DNA from: Octopus sinensis
Lineage: Eukaryota
Length of the DNA: 64,000 nt
Assembly: GCF_006345805.1 (NCBI RefSeq)
Contig: NW_021833050.1
Location: forward strand, 28,740 to 92,739
Direction of reading: 5' to 3'
Positions 13,251 to 24,791 of the stretch are shown piece after piece. The translations under genes were made by a program, and so were the position numbers. How positions within the stretch are numbered: position 1 is the stretch's first letter; every line of letters starts with the position of its first letter. The notes below the pieces were generated by a model. The model worked only from the letters and a program-made list of their open reading frames with translations, searched no databases and was not told where the DNA came from.

Positions 13251-13670
13251 AGGCGCAGGAGTGGCTGTGTGGTAAGCAGCTTGCTAACCAACCATATGGT
13301 TCCGGGTTCAGTCACACTGCGTGGCATCTTGGCCAAGTGTCTTCTACTATAGCCTCGAGCCAACCAAAACCTTGTGAGTGGATTTGGTAGACGGAAACTG
13401 AAAGAAGCCCGTCGTATATATGTATATATATATATATATGTATGTATGTGTATGTGTATGTGTGTGTCTGTGTTTGTCCCCCTAGCATTGCTTGACAACC
13501 GATGCTGGTGTGTTTATGTCCCCGTCACTTAGCGGTTCGGCAAAAGAGAACGATAGAATAAGTGCTGGGCTTACAAAGAATAAGTCCCGGGGTCGAGTTG
13601 CTCGACTAAAAAGGTGGTGCTCCAGCATGGCCGCAGTCAACTGACTGAAACAAGTAAAAGAGTAAAAGAG
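13251..13670 (+). mobile_element. SINE family A (~400 bp, tRNA-derived head, CORE-like segment, (TAAAAGAG)n tail)
   Basis: A-box TGGCTGTGTGG, B-box GGTTCAGTC, and CCTTGGGCAAGT core-like motif. Other copies (approximate): 10935-11446, 21625-21866, 29420-29825, 30088-30486, 34596-34990, 37583-37920, 38010-38325, 42928-43448, 46565-46955, 51622-52034, 59452-59866, 61024-61615. Confidence 0.9.
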
Positions 13671-13962
13671 AATATATACATATATATAAAATACAATGTA
13701 CATTTAAACATATTAAGAGGTTTCCTTAGAAATCCTTTATGCTAGAAAGAACAGCTAAAGTCCAAACCACTAATTAGGGATAAATTCTCGAAGGGAATGA
13801 AAAATATTTTCATACCCTTCGAGAATTTATCCCATGGGATTGAGAAGCAAGCTTCTTACCACATAGCCACACCTTTACCTACCCTTTCGTTACATTATTT
13901 CGTTATCTTGCTGTGTGATTATGTTGTCATATCCTAATATCTTTGTTTCATTTCCTCGCCAG

Positions 13963-14010
13963 ATTTTGTCTGTCAATGGAATTAACTTCGAAAGCATCGA
14001 ACATAATGAG
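13963..14010 (+). CDS. PDZD11: PDZD11 coding exon 5 (ILSVNGINFESIEHNE)
   Basis: TTTCCTCGCCAG acceptor, 48 nt, donor GTAAGA at 14011. Corresponds to the PDZ 'IL.VNG..F..I.H' segment. Confidence 0.93.
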
Positions 14011-14400
14011 GTAAGAGCCCTACCCTCATCACCCTCTCAGCCACCATTTGTCTTGGTAATTTACTTGCATTGACCCCCTAGAAACATGATGGGGCACATG
14101 AAAAAAGACTGCTCAACCCTGATGGAATGTCTTTTTTTTAGCCGGCACCACCCTGACTGGCCTCTGTGCCAGTGGCACGTAAAAACCATCATCTGATCGT
14201 GGCCGTTGCCAGCCTCGTCTGGTCTCCGTGCCGGTGGCACGTAAAATGCCCCATCCGATTGGGGCCCTTTGCCACCCTCGTCTGACCGCTGTCCCGGTGG
14301 CACGTAAAAAGCACCATTCGATCATGGCCGTTGCCAGCCTCGTCTGGTCTCCGTGCCGGTGGCTCGTAAAAAGCCCCATCCGATCGGGGCCGTTTGCCAG

Positions 14401-15387
14401 CCTTTGTTTTGTACACCACCTGTCTTCGTCTTTTGTTTTTTTGTAAACTCTCCCTCTATATTATATATATATATACACACACACACGCTCACACATACAC
14501 ACACACACACATACATGATAGATCGGTAGCCACTACACACATTTTTTTCTCTCCTTGTTTTCTGTGTCCCTTTCTGTAGAAGAGCGTAGGCTTGAAATGT
14601 AAAAGACTTTTTCAATTCCTGAGCATTATACTAATACATCTGTTTGTTTTGTACACCACCTGTCTTCGTCTTTTGTTTTTTTCGTAAACTCTCCCTACAT
14701 ATATATATATATATATATACACACACGCTCACACATACACACACACGATAGATCGGTAGCCACTACACACATTTTTTTCTCTCCTTGTTTTCTGTGTCCC
14801 TTTCTGTAGAAGAGCGTAGCCTCGAAACGTAAACGACTTTTTCTATTCCTGAGCGTTATACTAATACATCTGTTTGTTTTGTACACCACCTGCCTTCGTC
14901 TTTTGTTCTTTTCGTAAACTCTCCCTACATATATATATATATATATACACACACACGCTCACACATACACACACACACACACGATAGATCGGTAGCCACT
15001 ACACACATTTTTTTTCTGTGTCCCTTTCTGTAGAAGAAGGTAGGCTCGAAATGTAAAAGACTTTTTCTATTCCTGAGTGTTATACTAATACATCTGTTTG
15101 TTTTGTACACCACCCGCCTTCGTTTTTTGTTTTTTTCGTAAACTTTCCCTATATATATATATATATATTACACACACACGCTCACACATACACACACACA
15201 CACACGATAGATCGGTAGCCACTACACACATTTTTTTCTCTCCTTGTTTTCTGTGTCCCTTTCTGTAGAAGAGCGTAGCCTCGAAACGTAAACGACTTTT
15301 TCTATTCCTGAGCGTTATACTAATACATCTGTTTGTTTTGTACACCACCTGCCTTCGTCTTTTGTTCTTTTCGTAAACTCTCCCTAC

Positions 15388-15418
<31 letters not shown>

Positions 15419-15619
15419 CTCACACATACACACACACGATAGATCGGTAGCCACTACACACATTTTTTTCTCTCCTTGTTTTCTGTGTCCCTTTCTGTAG
15501 AAGAGCGTAGCCTCGAAACGTAAACGACTTTTTCTATTCCTGAGTGTTATACTAATACATCTGTTTGTTTTGTACACCACCTGCCTTCGTCTTTTGTTCT
15601 TTTCGTAAACTCTCCCTAC

Positions 15620-15651
<32 letters not shown>

Positions 15652-17862
15652 CACGCTCACACATACACACACACACACACGATAGATCAGTAGCCACTAC
15701 ACACATTTTTTTTCTCTCCTTGTTTTTTTCTGTGTCCCTTTCTGTAGAGAAGGTAGGCTCGAAATGTAAAAGACTTTTTCTATTCCTGAGCGTTATTATA
15801 CTAATACATCTGTTTGTTTTGTACACCACCTGCCTTCGTCTTTTGTTCTTTTCGTAAACTCTCCCTACATATATATATATATATATAATAATATATATAC
15901 ACACACGCTCACACATACACACACACACACACGATAGATCGGTAGCACTACACACATTTTTTTTCTCTCCTCGTTTTTTTCTGTGTCCCTTTCTGTAGAG
16001 AAGAAGGTAGGCTCGAAATGTAAAAGATTTTTTCTATTCCTGAGCGCGTTATACTAATACATGTTTGTTTTGTACACACCTGTCTTCGTCTTTGGTGTTT
16101 TTTTCGTAAACTCTCCCTACATCTATATATATATATATATACACACAAACGCTCACACATACACACCACACACACACGATAGATCGGTAGCCACTACACA
16201 CATTTTTTTCTCTCCTTGTTTTTTTCTGTGTCCCTTTCTGTAGAAGAAGGTAGGCTCGAAATGTAAAAGACTTTTTCTATTCCTGAGCGTTATACTAATA
16301 CATCTGTTTGTTTTGTACCCACCTGCCTTCGTCTTTTGTTCTTTTCGTAAACTCTCCCTCATACAATATATTATATAGATATATATATATACACACACAC
16401 GCTCACACATACACACACACACACACGATAGATCGGTAGCCACTACAACACATTTTCTTCTCTCTCGTTTTTTTCTGTGTCCCTTTCTGTAGAAGAAGGT
16501 AGGCTCGAAATGTAAAAGACTTTTTCTATTCCTGAGCGTTATACTATACATCTGTTTGTTTTGTACACCACCTGTCTTCGTCTTTTTTTTTTTTCGTAAA
16601 CTCTCCCTACACTATATATATATATATATATATATAACACACACGCTCACACATACACACACACACACACGATAGATGGTAGCCACTACACACATTTTTT
16701 TCTTCCTCGTTTTTTTCTGTGTCCTTTCTGTAGAAGAAGGTAGGCTCGAAATGTAAAAGACTTTTTCTATTCTGAGGTCCTATACTATACTAATACATCT
16801 GTTTGTTGTACACCACCTGTCTTCGTCTTTTGTTTTTTTCGTAAACTCTCCCTACATATATATATATATATATATATATACACCACACACCGCTCACACA
16901 TACACACCACCACACACGATAGATCGGTGGTAGCACTACACACATTTTTTTTCTCTCCTCGTTTTTTTCTGTGTCCTTCACGTAGAAGAAGGTAGGCTCG
17001 AAATGTAAAAGACTTTTCTATTCCTGAGCGTTATACTAATACATCTGTTTGTTTTGTACACCACCTGTCTTCGTCTTTTGTTTTTTTCGTAAACTCTCCC
17101 TACATATATATATATATATATATATACACCACACCAGCCCACACACACACACACACACACGATAGATCGGTAGCCACTACACACATTTTTTTTCTCTCCT
17201 CGTTTTTTTCTGTGTCCCTTTCTGTAGAGAAGGTAGGCTCGAAATGTAAAAGACTTTTTCTATTCTGAGCGTTATACTAATACATCTGTTTGTTTTGTAC
17301 ACCACCTGTCTTCGTCTTTTGTTTTTTTCGTAAACTCTCCCTACATATATATATATATATATATATTTATATACACACACACGCTCACACCATACACACA
17401 CACACACGATAGATCGGTAGCCACTACACACATTTTTTTTTCTCCTCTGTTTTTTCTGTGTCCCTTTCTGTAGAAGAAGGTAGGCTCGAAATGTAAAAGA
17501 CTTTTTCTATTCCTGAGCGTTATACTAATACATCTGTTTGTTTTGTACACCACCTGTCTTCGTCTTTTGTTTTTTTCGTAAACTCTCCCTACATATAATA
17601 TATATATATATATATATACACACACACGCTCACACATACACACACACACACACGATAGATCGGTAGCCACTACACACATTTTTTTTCTCTCCTCGTTTTT
17701 TTCTGTGTCCCTTTCTGTAGAAGAAGGTAGGCTCGAAATGTAAAAGACTTTTTCTATTCCTGAGCGTTATACTAATACATCTGTTTGTTTTGTACACCAC
17801 CTGTCTTCGTCTTTTGTTTTTTTCGTAAACTCTCCCTACATATATATATTATATATATATAT
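14401..17862 (+). repeat. Tandem array of ~14.4 x ~241 bp in PDZD11 intron 5
   Basis: GATAGATC anchor recurs 14 times (14517 to 17654). The unit contains (AT)n/(AC)n and a CTGTAGAAGAGCGTAGGCTCGAAACGTA-type motif. Dispersed relatives occur at ~52960-53150, ~58160-58215, ~59390-59450 and ~59870-59960. Confidence 0.95.
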
Positions 17863-17880
17863 ACTGTACTGTACTTTCAG

Positions 17881-17941
17881 GCTGTTAAAGTCTTGAAGAT
17901 GAACACTACCATCCACATGGTTGTCCAATATTTTCCATTTG
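17881..17941 (+). CDS. PDZD11: PDZD11 coding exon 6 (AVKVLKMNTTIHMVVQYFPF+G)
   Basis: CTTTCAG acceptor, 61 nt (phase-1 exit), donor GTAAGT at 17942. PDZ helix B and last strand. Confidence 0.92.
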
Positions 17942-18469
17942 GTAAGTAGAGCTGTTCTCTGATATCTATATGAGCTTAATAATTACTAGCAGGACCCATG
18001 GAAATTCCATGGTATAATTCAGCACACCAGGGGCAGTTTCAGGTTGGTTGGTTTCAAAAGGGTTAAATAAGTTTATATATTTTGGGGTCGATAAATTAAG
18101 TACCAGTTGTGTACTGGGGTCGATATAATCGACTGGTCTCCTCCCCCCAAAATTTGGGGCCTTGTGCCTAGTGCGGAAAAGCATAAGCTCCAGGTTTCAA
18201 AAAAGAAGTACTGTGGTTGATTTGTTCAACTGAAAGTACTTCAAGGCAGTGCCCCAGCTTGGCCACAGTCTAATAACTGCAACAAGTAAATGATAAACGA
18301 TAAAAAATATTTGAATTTCATTAAAGTGAAGTTTATTCCCAGTTTTTATTATTATTATTTTTCAAATATCTATTTCATTTTATTTTCTTATCTAGTTTCA
18401 GCTCACGAGCTGTGGCCATGCTGGGGCACCACCATTAAAATAGTATATATGTTTGTTCCATCTCGAGCC

Positions 18470-19258
18470 ATGCCTGGCTCATAAGGGCCGGTTTCCCAGT
18501 TTCCTTGGCGTATAAGATCTCCACCCTAACGGGACACAGGTCCGTCGCAGGTGAGCTGCAAGATGCAGGAGGAAAGAGTGAGAGAAAGTTGTGGCGAAAT
18601 AGTCAGCAGAAGTTCGCCATTACCTTCTGCCGGAGCCGTATGGAGCTTAGGTGTTTTGCTCATAAACACACACATCGCCCGGTCTGAGATTCAAACCCGC
18701 GATCCCTCGACTGCGAGTCTGCTGCTCTAACCACTAGGCCATGTGCCTCCACCAAAGTTGTGGCGAAAGAGTCAGCAGAAGTTCGCCATTACCTTCTGCC
18801 GGAGCCGTATGGAGCTTAGGTGTTTTGCTCATAAACACACACATCGCCCGGTCTGAGATTCGAACCCGCGATCCCTCGACTGCGAGTCTGCTGCTCTAAC
18901 CACTAGGCCATGTGCCTCCACCAAAGTTGTGGCGAAAGAGTCAGCAGAAGTTCGCCATTACCTTCTGCCGGAGCCGTATGGAGCTTAGGTGTTTTGCTCA
19001 TAAACACACACATCGCCCGGTCTGAGATTCAAACCCGCGATCCCTCGACTGCGAGTCTGCTGCTCTAACCACTAGGCCATGTGCCTCCACCAAAGTTGTG
19101 GCGAAAGAATCAGCAGAAGTTCGCCATTACCTTCTGCCGGAGCCGCGTGGAGCTTAGGCGTTTCGCTCATAAACACACACATCGCCCGGTCTGAGATTCG
19201 AACCAACGATCCCTCGACCGCGAGTCCGCTGCTCTAACCACTTGGCCACGTGCCTCCA
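18470..19258 (-). mobile_element. tRNA-derived SINE (family C2) with four tandem 169-bp head units
   Basis: AAGTTGTGGCG anchors at 18588, 18757, 18926 and 19095. Each unit has A-box TGGCCTAGTGG and B-box GGTT(C/T)GAATC on the minus strand. Confidence 0.9.
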
Positions 19259-19316
19259 GATTGTAATCAATAAATTATAATTGTAACCTGCTCTTTTCCT
19301 TTTTGTCTTCCGCCAG

Positions 19317-19378
19317 GCTATGATCGAACGTTTGACAAAAGCCGGTATTTTGCCTCACTGCAATGGAACCCTGAATGA
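19317..19378 (+). CDS. PDZD11: PDZD11 coding exon 7 (GYDRTFDKSRYFASLQWNPE*)
   Basis: Long pyrimidine tract plus CCGCCAG acceptor; the phase matches exon 6; TGA at 19376-19378. The spliced product is 151 aa. Confidence 0.85.
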
Positions 19379-19719
19379 CTTGGTGACAGACAAAAGGAAG
19401 ATACAGGACACACAGGACACACAGACAAATTCAGATTTGCACCATCTGTTGAAAGAGACAATAACAAGTAATAACCACATAAAATGAAAAGGTGTTTTTT
19501 TTTTTTCCATTCTTTTTCTTCACTTTGAAGAACCTGGACCTTTTTGGTGAAGCGAGGTGATGGATGGGTCCTTTTGTAAATTTTCCCTTTGATTTTTTTG
19601 TTTCTTTTAATTATTAATCACATCATTACTCCTGTTTATCAGTTAATGTAGTAATCATCAACACCAGCATCATCATTTATTATCTCTCTCTTCCTCCATG
19701 CAAATTTTCTACAAATTTT

Positions 19720-20390
19720 ATACCAAGACAAAATAATGTACATGATAACACTTCCAAACAGTTAAGATCAGAAGCCATGAGAGCCACTGCCTGGTACTGC
19801 ATCAGGGCATTAGCAAATCTGTGGTATTGAGCAGAATATTTGCTGTAGCCCATCTTTTATACCAACACAAAACAATGTACATGATAACACTTCCAATCAG
19901 TTAAGATCAGAAGCCATGAGAGCCACTGCCTGGTACTGCATCAGGGCATTAGCAAATCTGTGGTATTAAGCAGAATATTTGCTGTAGCCCATCTTTTATA
20001 CCGAGACAAAACAATGTACATGATAACACTTCCAATCAGTTAAGATCAGAAGCCATGAGAGCCACTGCCTGGTACTGCATCAGGGCATTAGCAAATCTGT
20101 GGTATTGAGCAGAATATTTGCTGTAGCCCATCTTTTATACCGAGACAAAACAATGTACATGATAACACTTCCAAACAGTTAAGATCAGAAGCCATGAGAG
20201 CCACTGCCTGGTACTGCATCAGGGCATTAGCAAATCTGTGGTATTGAGCAGAATATTTGCTGTAGCCCATCTTTTATACCGAGACAAAACAATGTACATG
20301 ATAACACTTCCAAACAGTTAAGATCAGAAGCCATGAGAGCCACTGCCTGGTACTGCATCAAGGCATTATTATTATTATTATTATTAAGGT
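19720..20390 (+). repeat. Tandem array of ~4.7 x 139 bp ending in an (ATT)n tail
   Basis: ATGATAACACTTCC at 19742, 19881, 20020, 20159 and 20298. The last unit runs into (ATT)n, like a retroelement 3' end. Confidence 0.9.
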
Positions 20391-20446
20391 GGTGAGCTGG
20401 CAGAACTGTTGGCATGCTGGGCAAAATGCTTAGCGGTATTTTGTTA

Positions 20447-20680
20447 GGCGGCGAGCTGGCAGAAACGTTAGCGTGCTGGACGAAATGCTGAGCGGTATTT
20501 CGTCTGCCGCTACGTTCTGAGTTCAAATTCCGCTGAGGTCGACTTTGCCTTTCATCCTTTCGGGGTCGATAAATTAAGTACCAGTTACGCACTGGGGTCG
20601 ATATAATCGACTTAATACCTATGTCTGTCCTTGTTTGTCCCCTCTATGTTTAGCCCCTTGTGGGCAATAAAGAAATAGGT
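20447..20680 (+). mobile_element. SINE family B (~230 bp, tRNA-derived)
   Basis: A-box TGGCAGAAACG, B-box GAGTTCAAATT, central CCTTTCATCCTTTCGGGGTCGATAAA, and AAGAAATA tail. Other single copies (approximate): 2270-2488, 6712-6932, 11637-11858, 29850-30072, 35516-35742, 43670-43845, 47204-47424, 50372-50600. Confidence 0.9.
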
Positions 20681-20870
20681 ATTTTGTCGGTCTGCACATT
20701 TTGAGTTCAAATTCCACTTTCGGGGATTAATATATTAAGTACCAGTGAAACACTAGGGTTGATGTAATCATCTAGTCTCCTCCAGCCAAATTTCAGGCCT
20801 TGTGCCTTTAGTAGAAAGGATTATTATTATTCTTATTAGGGCAGTGAGCTGGCATTTCATTCATCTTTAA

Positions 20871-21300
20871 ATAATAATAATGGAATTATAGTAAACAGTG
20901 CTCAGGTGCACCACAACTTGTCAGAAAGTGCATATAAAGTACATGCAGTAATGTACAAATGTCTGAAAAGCGAACAATGTATGAGTCAGGTGTAGTGTTG
21001 GCGAATCTCAGGAAGCATGGAAGTTTTGAAGGATGCAGTGCTCCGACAGCTAACAACTGATGCAGGCAGTTTGTTCCATGCTTCAGCAACTCTCAGCGTG
21101 AAGAAATGTTTCTGAAAGTCATGGGAGCTGTGCTGTTTTCTGACTTGGTAAATATGTCCACGGGTGTTAGATGGGTGGAGTTTGAAAAGGTGCTCAGAGT
21201 TATTGTTTGTAAGATGGTTAATAATTTTATGGGTGTCTGCCAAGTCAGCTGCCAGGCGTCGGAGTTTCAATGTGTCACCAACCCGTAACTCATTTCATGT
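20871..21300 (-). mobile_element. CR1/L2-type LINE 3' end
   Basis: LRRL.ADL...HKII...TRGH...FF..RV.EAWNKLP..VV...S...FK motif, with a (TTA)n tail. Confidence 0.8.
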
Positions 21301-21939
21301 AAGGTCATCTTTCCTCAAGGCCAGAGTCACAGTGCTAGTTACAAATAAAGTTATATTTCCCCAACCACCAAGTGGGACAAACATTTTTCTTGAAAGTTAT
21401 ATTAGGGCCTGGGGGAAAATAAGTTGGGAAACACTGCTCTGCATGGTAGCAATAGAAATAGCAGTCAAATTGCCTCCATATTACACTGTTTTGTTTGTGA
21501 GTTTAGCAAGATGTGGGTATCTTCTACTGATATCTAGACCCGGTTGAAATAGCTACGAAAAACTCCCTTAAATCACACCTACTGGTTTATGTAAGTATAA
21601 GCTCATTCTTTTATCCTTTTGTTTCGGTCATGCTGGAGCACCACCTTGAAGAACCACTCAATTCTTAGCGCTTATTTTTGTTTTTAAGCTTGGTACTTAT
21701 GTATCCAATGGGCTTCTTTCAGTTTCCATCTACCAAATCCGCTCAGAAGACTTTGGTCAGCCCAAGGCTATAGTAGAATACACTTACCCAAAGTACCATG
21801 CAGTGGGACTGAACCCAGGACCGTGTGGTTGGGAAGCAAAAGTCTTACCACATAGCCACACCTGTGGGTTATCTCTACATAATTGCTAGATCTATTAAAA
21901 CAGCAGCTAAATCTCTTTCAAATTATACCTTATTGTTTT

Positions 21940-23245
21940 GTGTTCCCTCCTTTATGGTACGTCGCCAATCTCCACGGTTGCTGGCAACTGCTTCCCAGTT
22001 GCTAATATTGATGATGCAGGCCTTCATGTCCCTTTTGCAAACATCTTTGTAACGTAAGAACGGTCTTCCCACAGACCTAGTGCCCCTAGCAAGCTCTCCG
22101 TAGAGTATGTCCTTGGGGATTCTGCCATCTTCCATACGGCTAACATCTCCAAGCCATCTCATACGTCTTTGTGTGAGGAGTGCAAACATGCTTGGTATTC
22201 CTGCTTGCTTGAGGGCATCTTTGTTGGGGACATGATTCTGCCATTTGATGCCAAGGATTTTCCGAAGGCAGCGCAGGTGAAAGATATTTAGGTGACGCTC
22301 TTGGCGTGTGTATGACGTCCAAGTCTCACTTCCATACAGTAGAGTGCTAAGTACACATGCCTGGTAAATCTTCATTTTTGTGGTCTTGGTCAGCTTATTG
22401 TTGTCCCATGCCCGTTTGGAGAGTTGGGCCATCGCAGCAGCTGCCTTGCCAATGCGTATATTGAGCTCAGCATCAAGGGATAGGTTGTAGGTGACGATAG
22501 AGCCAAGATAGGTAAACTTCTCCACCTCCTGTAGTCTCTAATATGTATGTTTGGGATGTCCGATGTAGCCTGACCCATGATGTTGGTCTTCTTGAGGCTG
22601 ATAATTAAGCTAAAGTTGCCACATGCTTGCTCAAATCAGTTGATGAGCCTTTGCAGGGCTGCTTCTGTGTGTGATACCAGAGCAGCATCATCAGCAAATA
22701 GCATCTCCTTGATCAGGACGCTTCTGATTTTGGTCTTGGCACGCAGGCGCAAGAGATTGAACAGTTTCCCATCACTTCTACTGTGCAGAAGTGGAGGCGC
22801 AATGGCCCAGTGGTTAGGGCAGCGGATTTACGGTCATAGGATCGCGGTTTCGATTCCCAGACCGGGCGTTGTGAGTGTTTATTGAGCGAAAACACCTAAA
22901 GCTCCACGAGGCTCCGGCAGGGGATGGTGGTGATCCCTGCTGTACTCTTTCACCACAACTTTCTCTCACTCTTACTTCCTGTTTCTGTTGTACCTGTATT
23001 TCAAAGGGCCGGCCTTGTCACTCTCTGTGTCACGCTGAATATCCCCGAGAACTACGTTAAGGGTACACGTGTCTGTGGAGTGCTCAGCCACTTACACGTT
23101 AATTTCACGAGCAGGCTGTTCCGTTGATTCGGATCAACCGGAACCCTCATCGTTGTAACCGACGGAGTGCTTACATCCACACTGTGCAGAAACACTCCAT
23201 CATCTGATGTCTCAAATGCATGTGACAGCAGCAGCGAGAAGATGC
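21940..23245 (-). mobile_element. 5'-truncated RTE-BovB-like LINE (RT C-terminal half)
   Basis: EMLFADD motif near 22686-22706; FTYLGS, LLYGSETW and RRMRWLG motifs; internal stop; split by a SINE at 22791-23172. Confidence 0.9.
22791..23172 (+). mobile_element. SINE family C1 (~380 bp, tRNA-derived)
   Basis: TSD ACTGTGCAGAA at 22780-22790 and 23181-23191. Other copies: 4825-5190 (TSD TCAGCTT) and 44536-44918, with variants at 54093-54380 and 63640-63958. Confidence 0.9.
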
Positions 23246-24348
23246 CGTTGGCACATTGGAAAATGTTATCCAAGAACCCTAAAAAGGACGGGTTGGTCAT
23301 GGCTGGAATCTTCTCTGTTACAGAACTGCATAATCAGGACCAACCCGAGGGATAAATGCCAGGCATCGTTTGACATTAACGAAAAGCTCTTAAATTTTTA
23401 TTCCACTTTAAATTGTCGTACTTCGTAAGTTGTCTCCCTTTAGCTACTTTGAATTATTGCCAGAGTCAAGGATGTCATTTGTAGTTCGATAGGATTTCAA
23501 TCAATTCTTTTGGTTCTTAGATAACTTAGATATGTTTCGACCAAAGATTGGTCCAGGCCATGTCTAACTTAATAGCACCACCTGATAGGATCATTCGAAT
23601 CCTGTTTAAGTCAAAAGCCTTGTGATTGGATTTTTTGTTCACATGATTTTAAATGAATCATGCATTATCTTGTAGCTATGAGATTTTGATGAGGTAATTA
23701 TAAATTTTTAGAATGATACTGAAGGGTTAGTGTGAAAGGCCAAATCTGCACAATGTGGACCCGACAAATGAAGTGAGTCCATGGCTCGCAGGACGGCCTG
23801 CTGTGCTTACCTTGGATCGTGGAGTGACCCGCTGTTCTTGAGGAGACTTATTGAGTCAAGTACGTCAACGTCAAAATAAAAATTCAAATGAAAATTGTTG
23901 TTAAGACACCCGTGCTGGTGACACGTAAAAAGCACCGTCCGAACATGGCAGATACTAGCGCCCGTGTCGGTGACACGTAAAAGCACCAACCGATCGTGGC
24001 CGTTTGCCAGCCTGCCGGTGGCATGTAAAAGACACCCACTATACTCACGGAGTGGTTGGCGTTAGGAAGGGCATCCAGCTGTAGAAACACTGCCAAATCA
24101 GACTGGGCCTGGTGCAGCCTCCATGGCCTACCAGACCCTGGTCGAACCGTCCAACCCATGCTAGCATGGAAAACGGACGTTAATTGATGATGATGTGGAC
24201 CTGCTTTATAACAGGAAGAATATTTCAGATGGGTGTGGCCAATTTAAATACTAAAGGATCAATTAGTTGTAATAATTTGTTAATTATTAAAGTTCAAATT
24301 GTTTTTTTTTAAGGAAATTATTATTATTTTGCAGTCATTCTCAATTAA

Positions 24349-24791
24349 CCCTTTAGTGTTCAGATTATTCAATTAACCCTTTGGTGTTTAAGCCGGCCAT
24401 ATCCGGCCCAAATATCCTACGTGTTTACATTCAAACTGGCCATATCTAACCCCTCACACCTAACCTACATTGACATTCTAAGAATAAACTATCACACCAT
24501 TGAAACTTCAAAGCTGTAAGATAATGTATGATTAATTGAAAATAATTTGAGTGAAAAAAGTATTACATTTAACAGATTAATCTGAATACTAAAGGGTTAA
24601 ACATAATGCTTATTAATTCCCATTGATTTGAATTAATCATGCATTATCTCATATCTTCAAGATCTTGATGGTGTAATTACTTAATGTAGAATAACATTGT
24701 AGGGTAGGTGTGAGAGCCTGGATCTGGTCAGTTTGGACATAAAACAGATTAACTATTTTGGCCGGATATGGCCGGTTTAAATACTAAAGGG
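24349..24791. mobile_element. Cluster of piggyBac-like MITE copies
   Basis: Full copy at 24377-24596 in the opposite orientation, an extra left end at 24349, and a second copy ending AAAGGG|TTAA at 24791. Confidence 0.75.

Noticed and set aside
13251-13330. tRNA-like sequences with A and B boxes
   Set aside because: They are SINE heads: no complete cloverleaf or acceptor stem, and always attached to SINE bodies.
18588-20366. Regularly spaced repeats resembling CRISPR arrays
   Set aside because: Units are fully repeated with no unique spacers; the context is eukaryotic and no cas genes are present.
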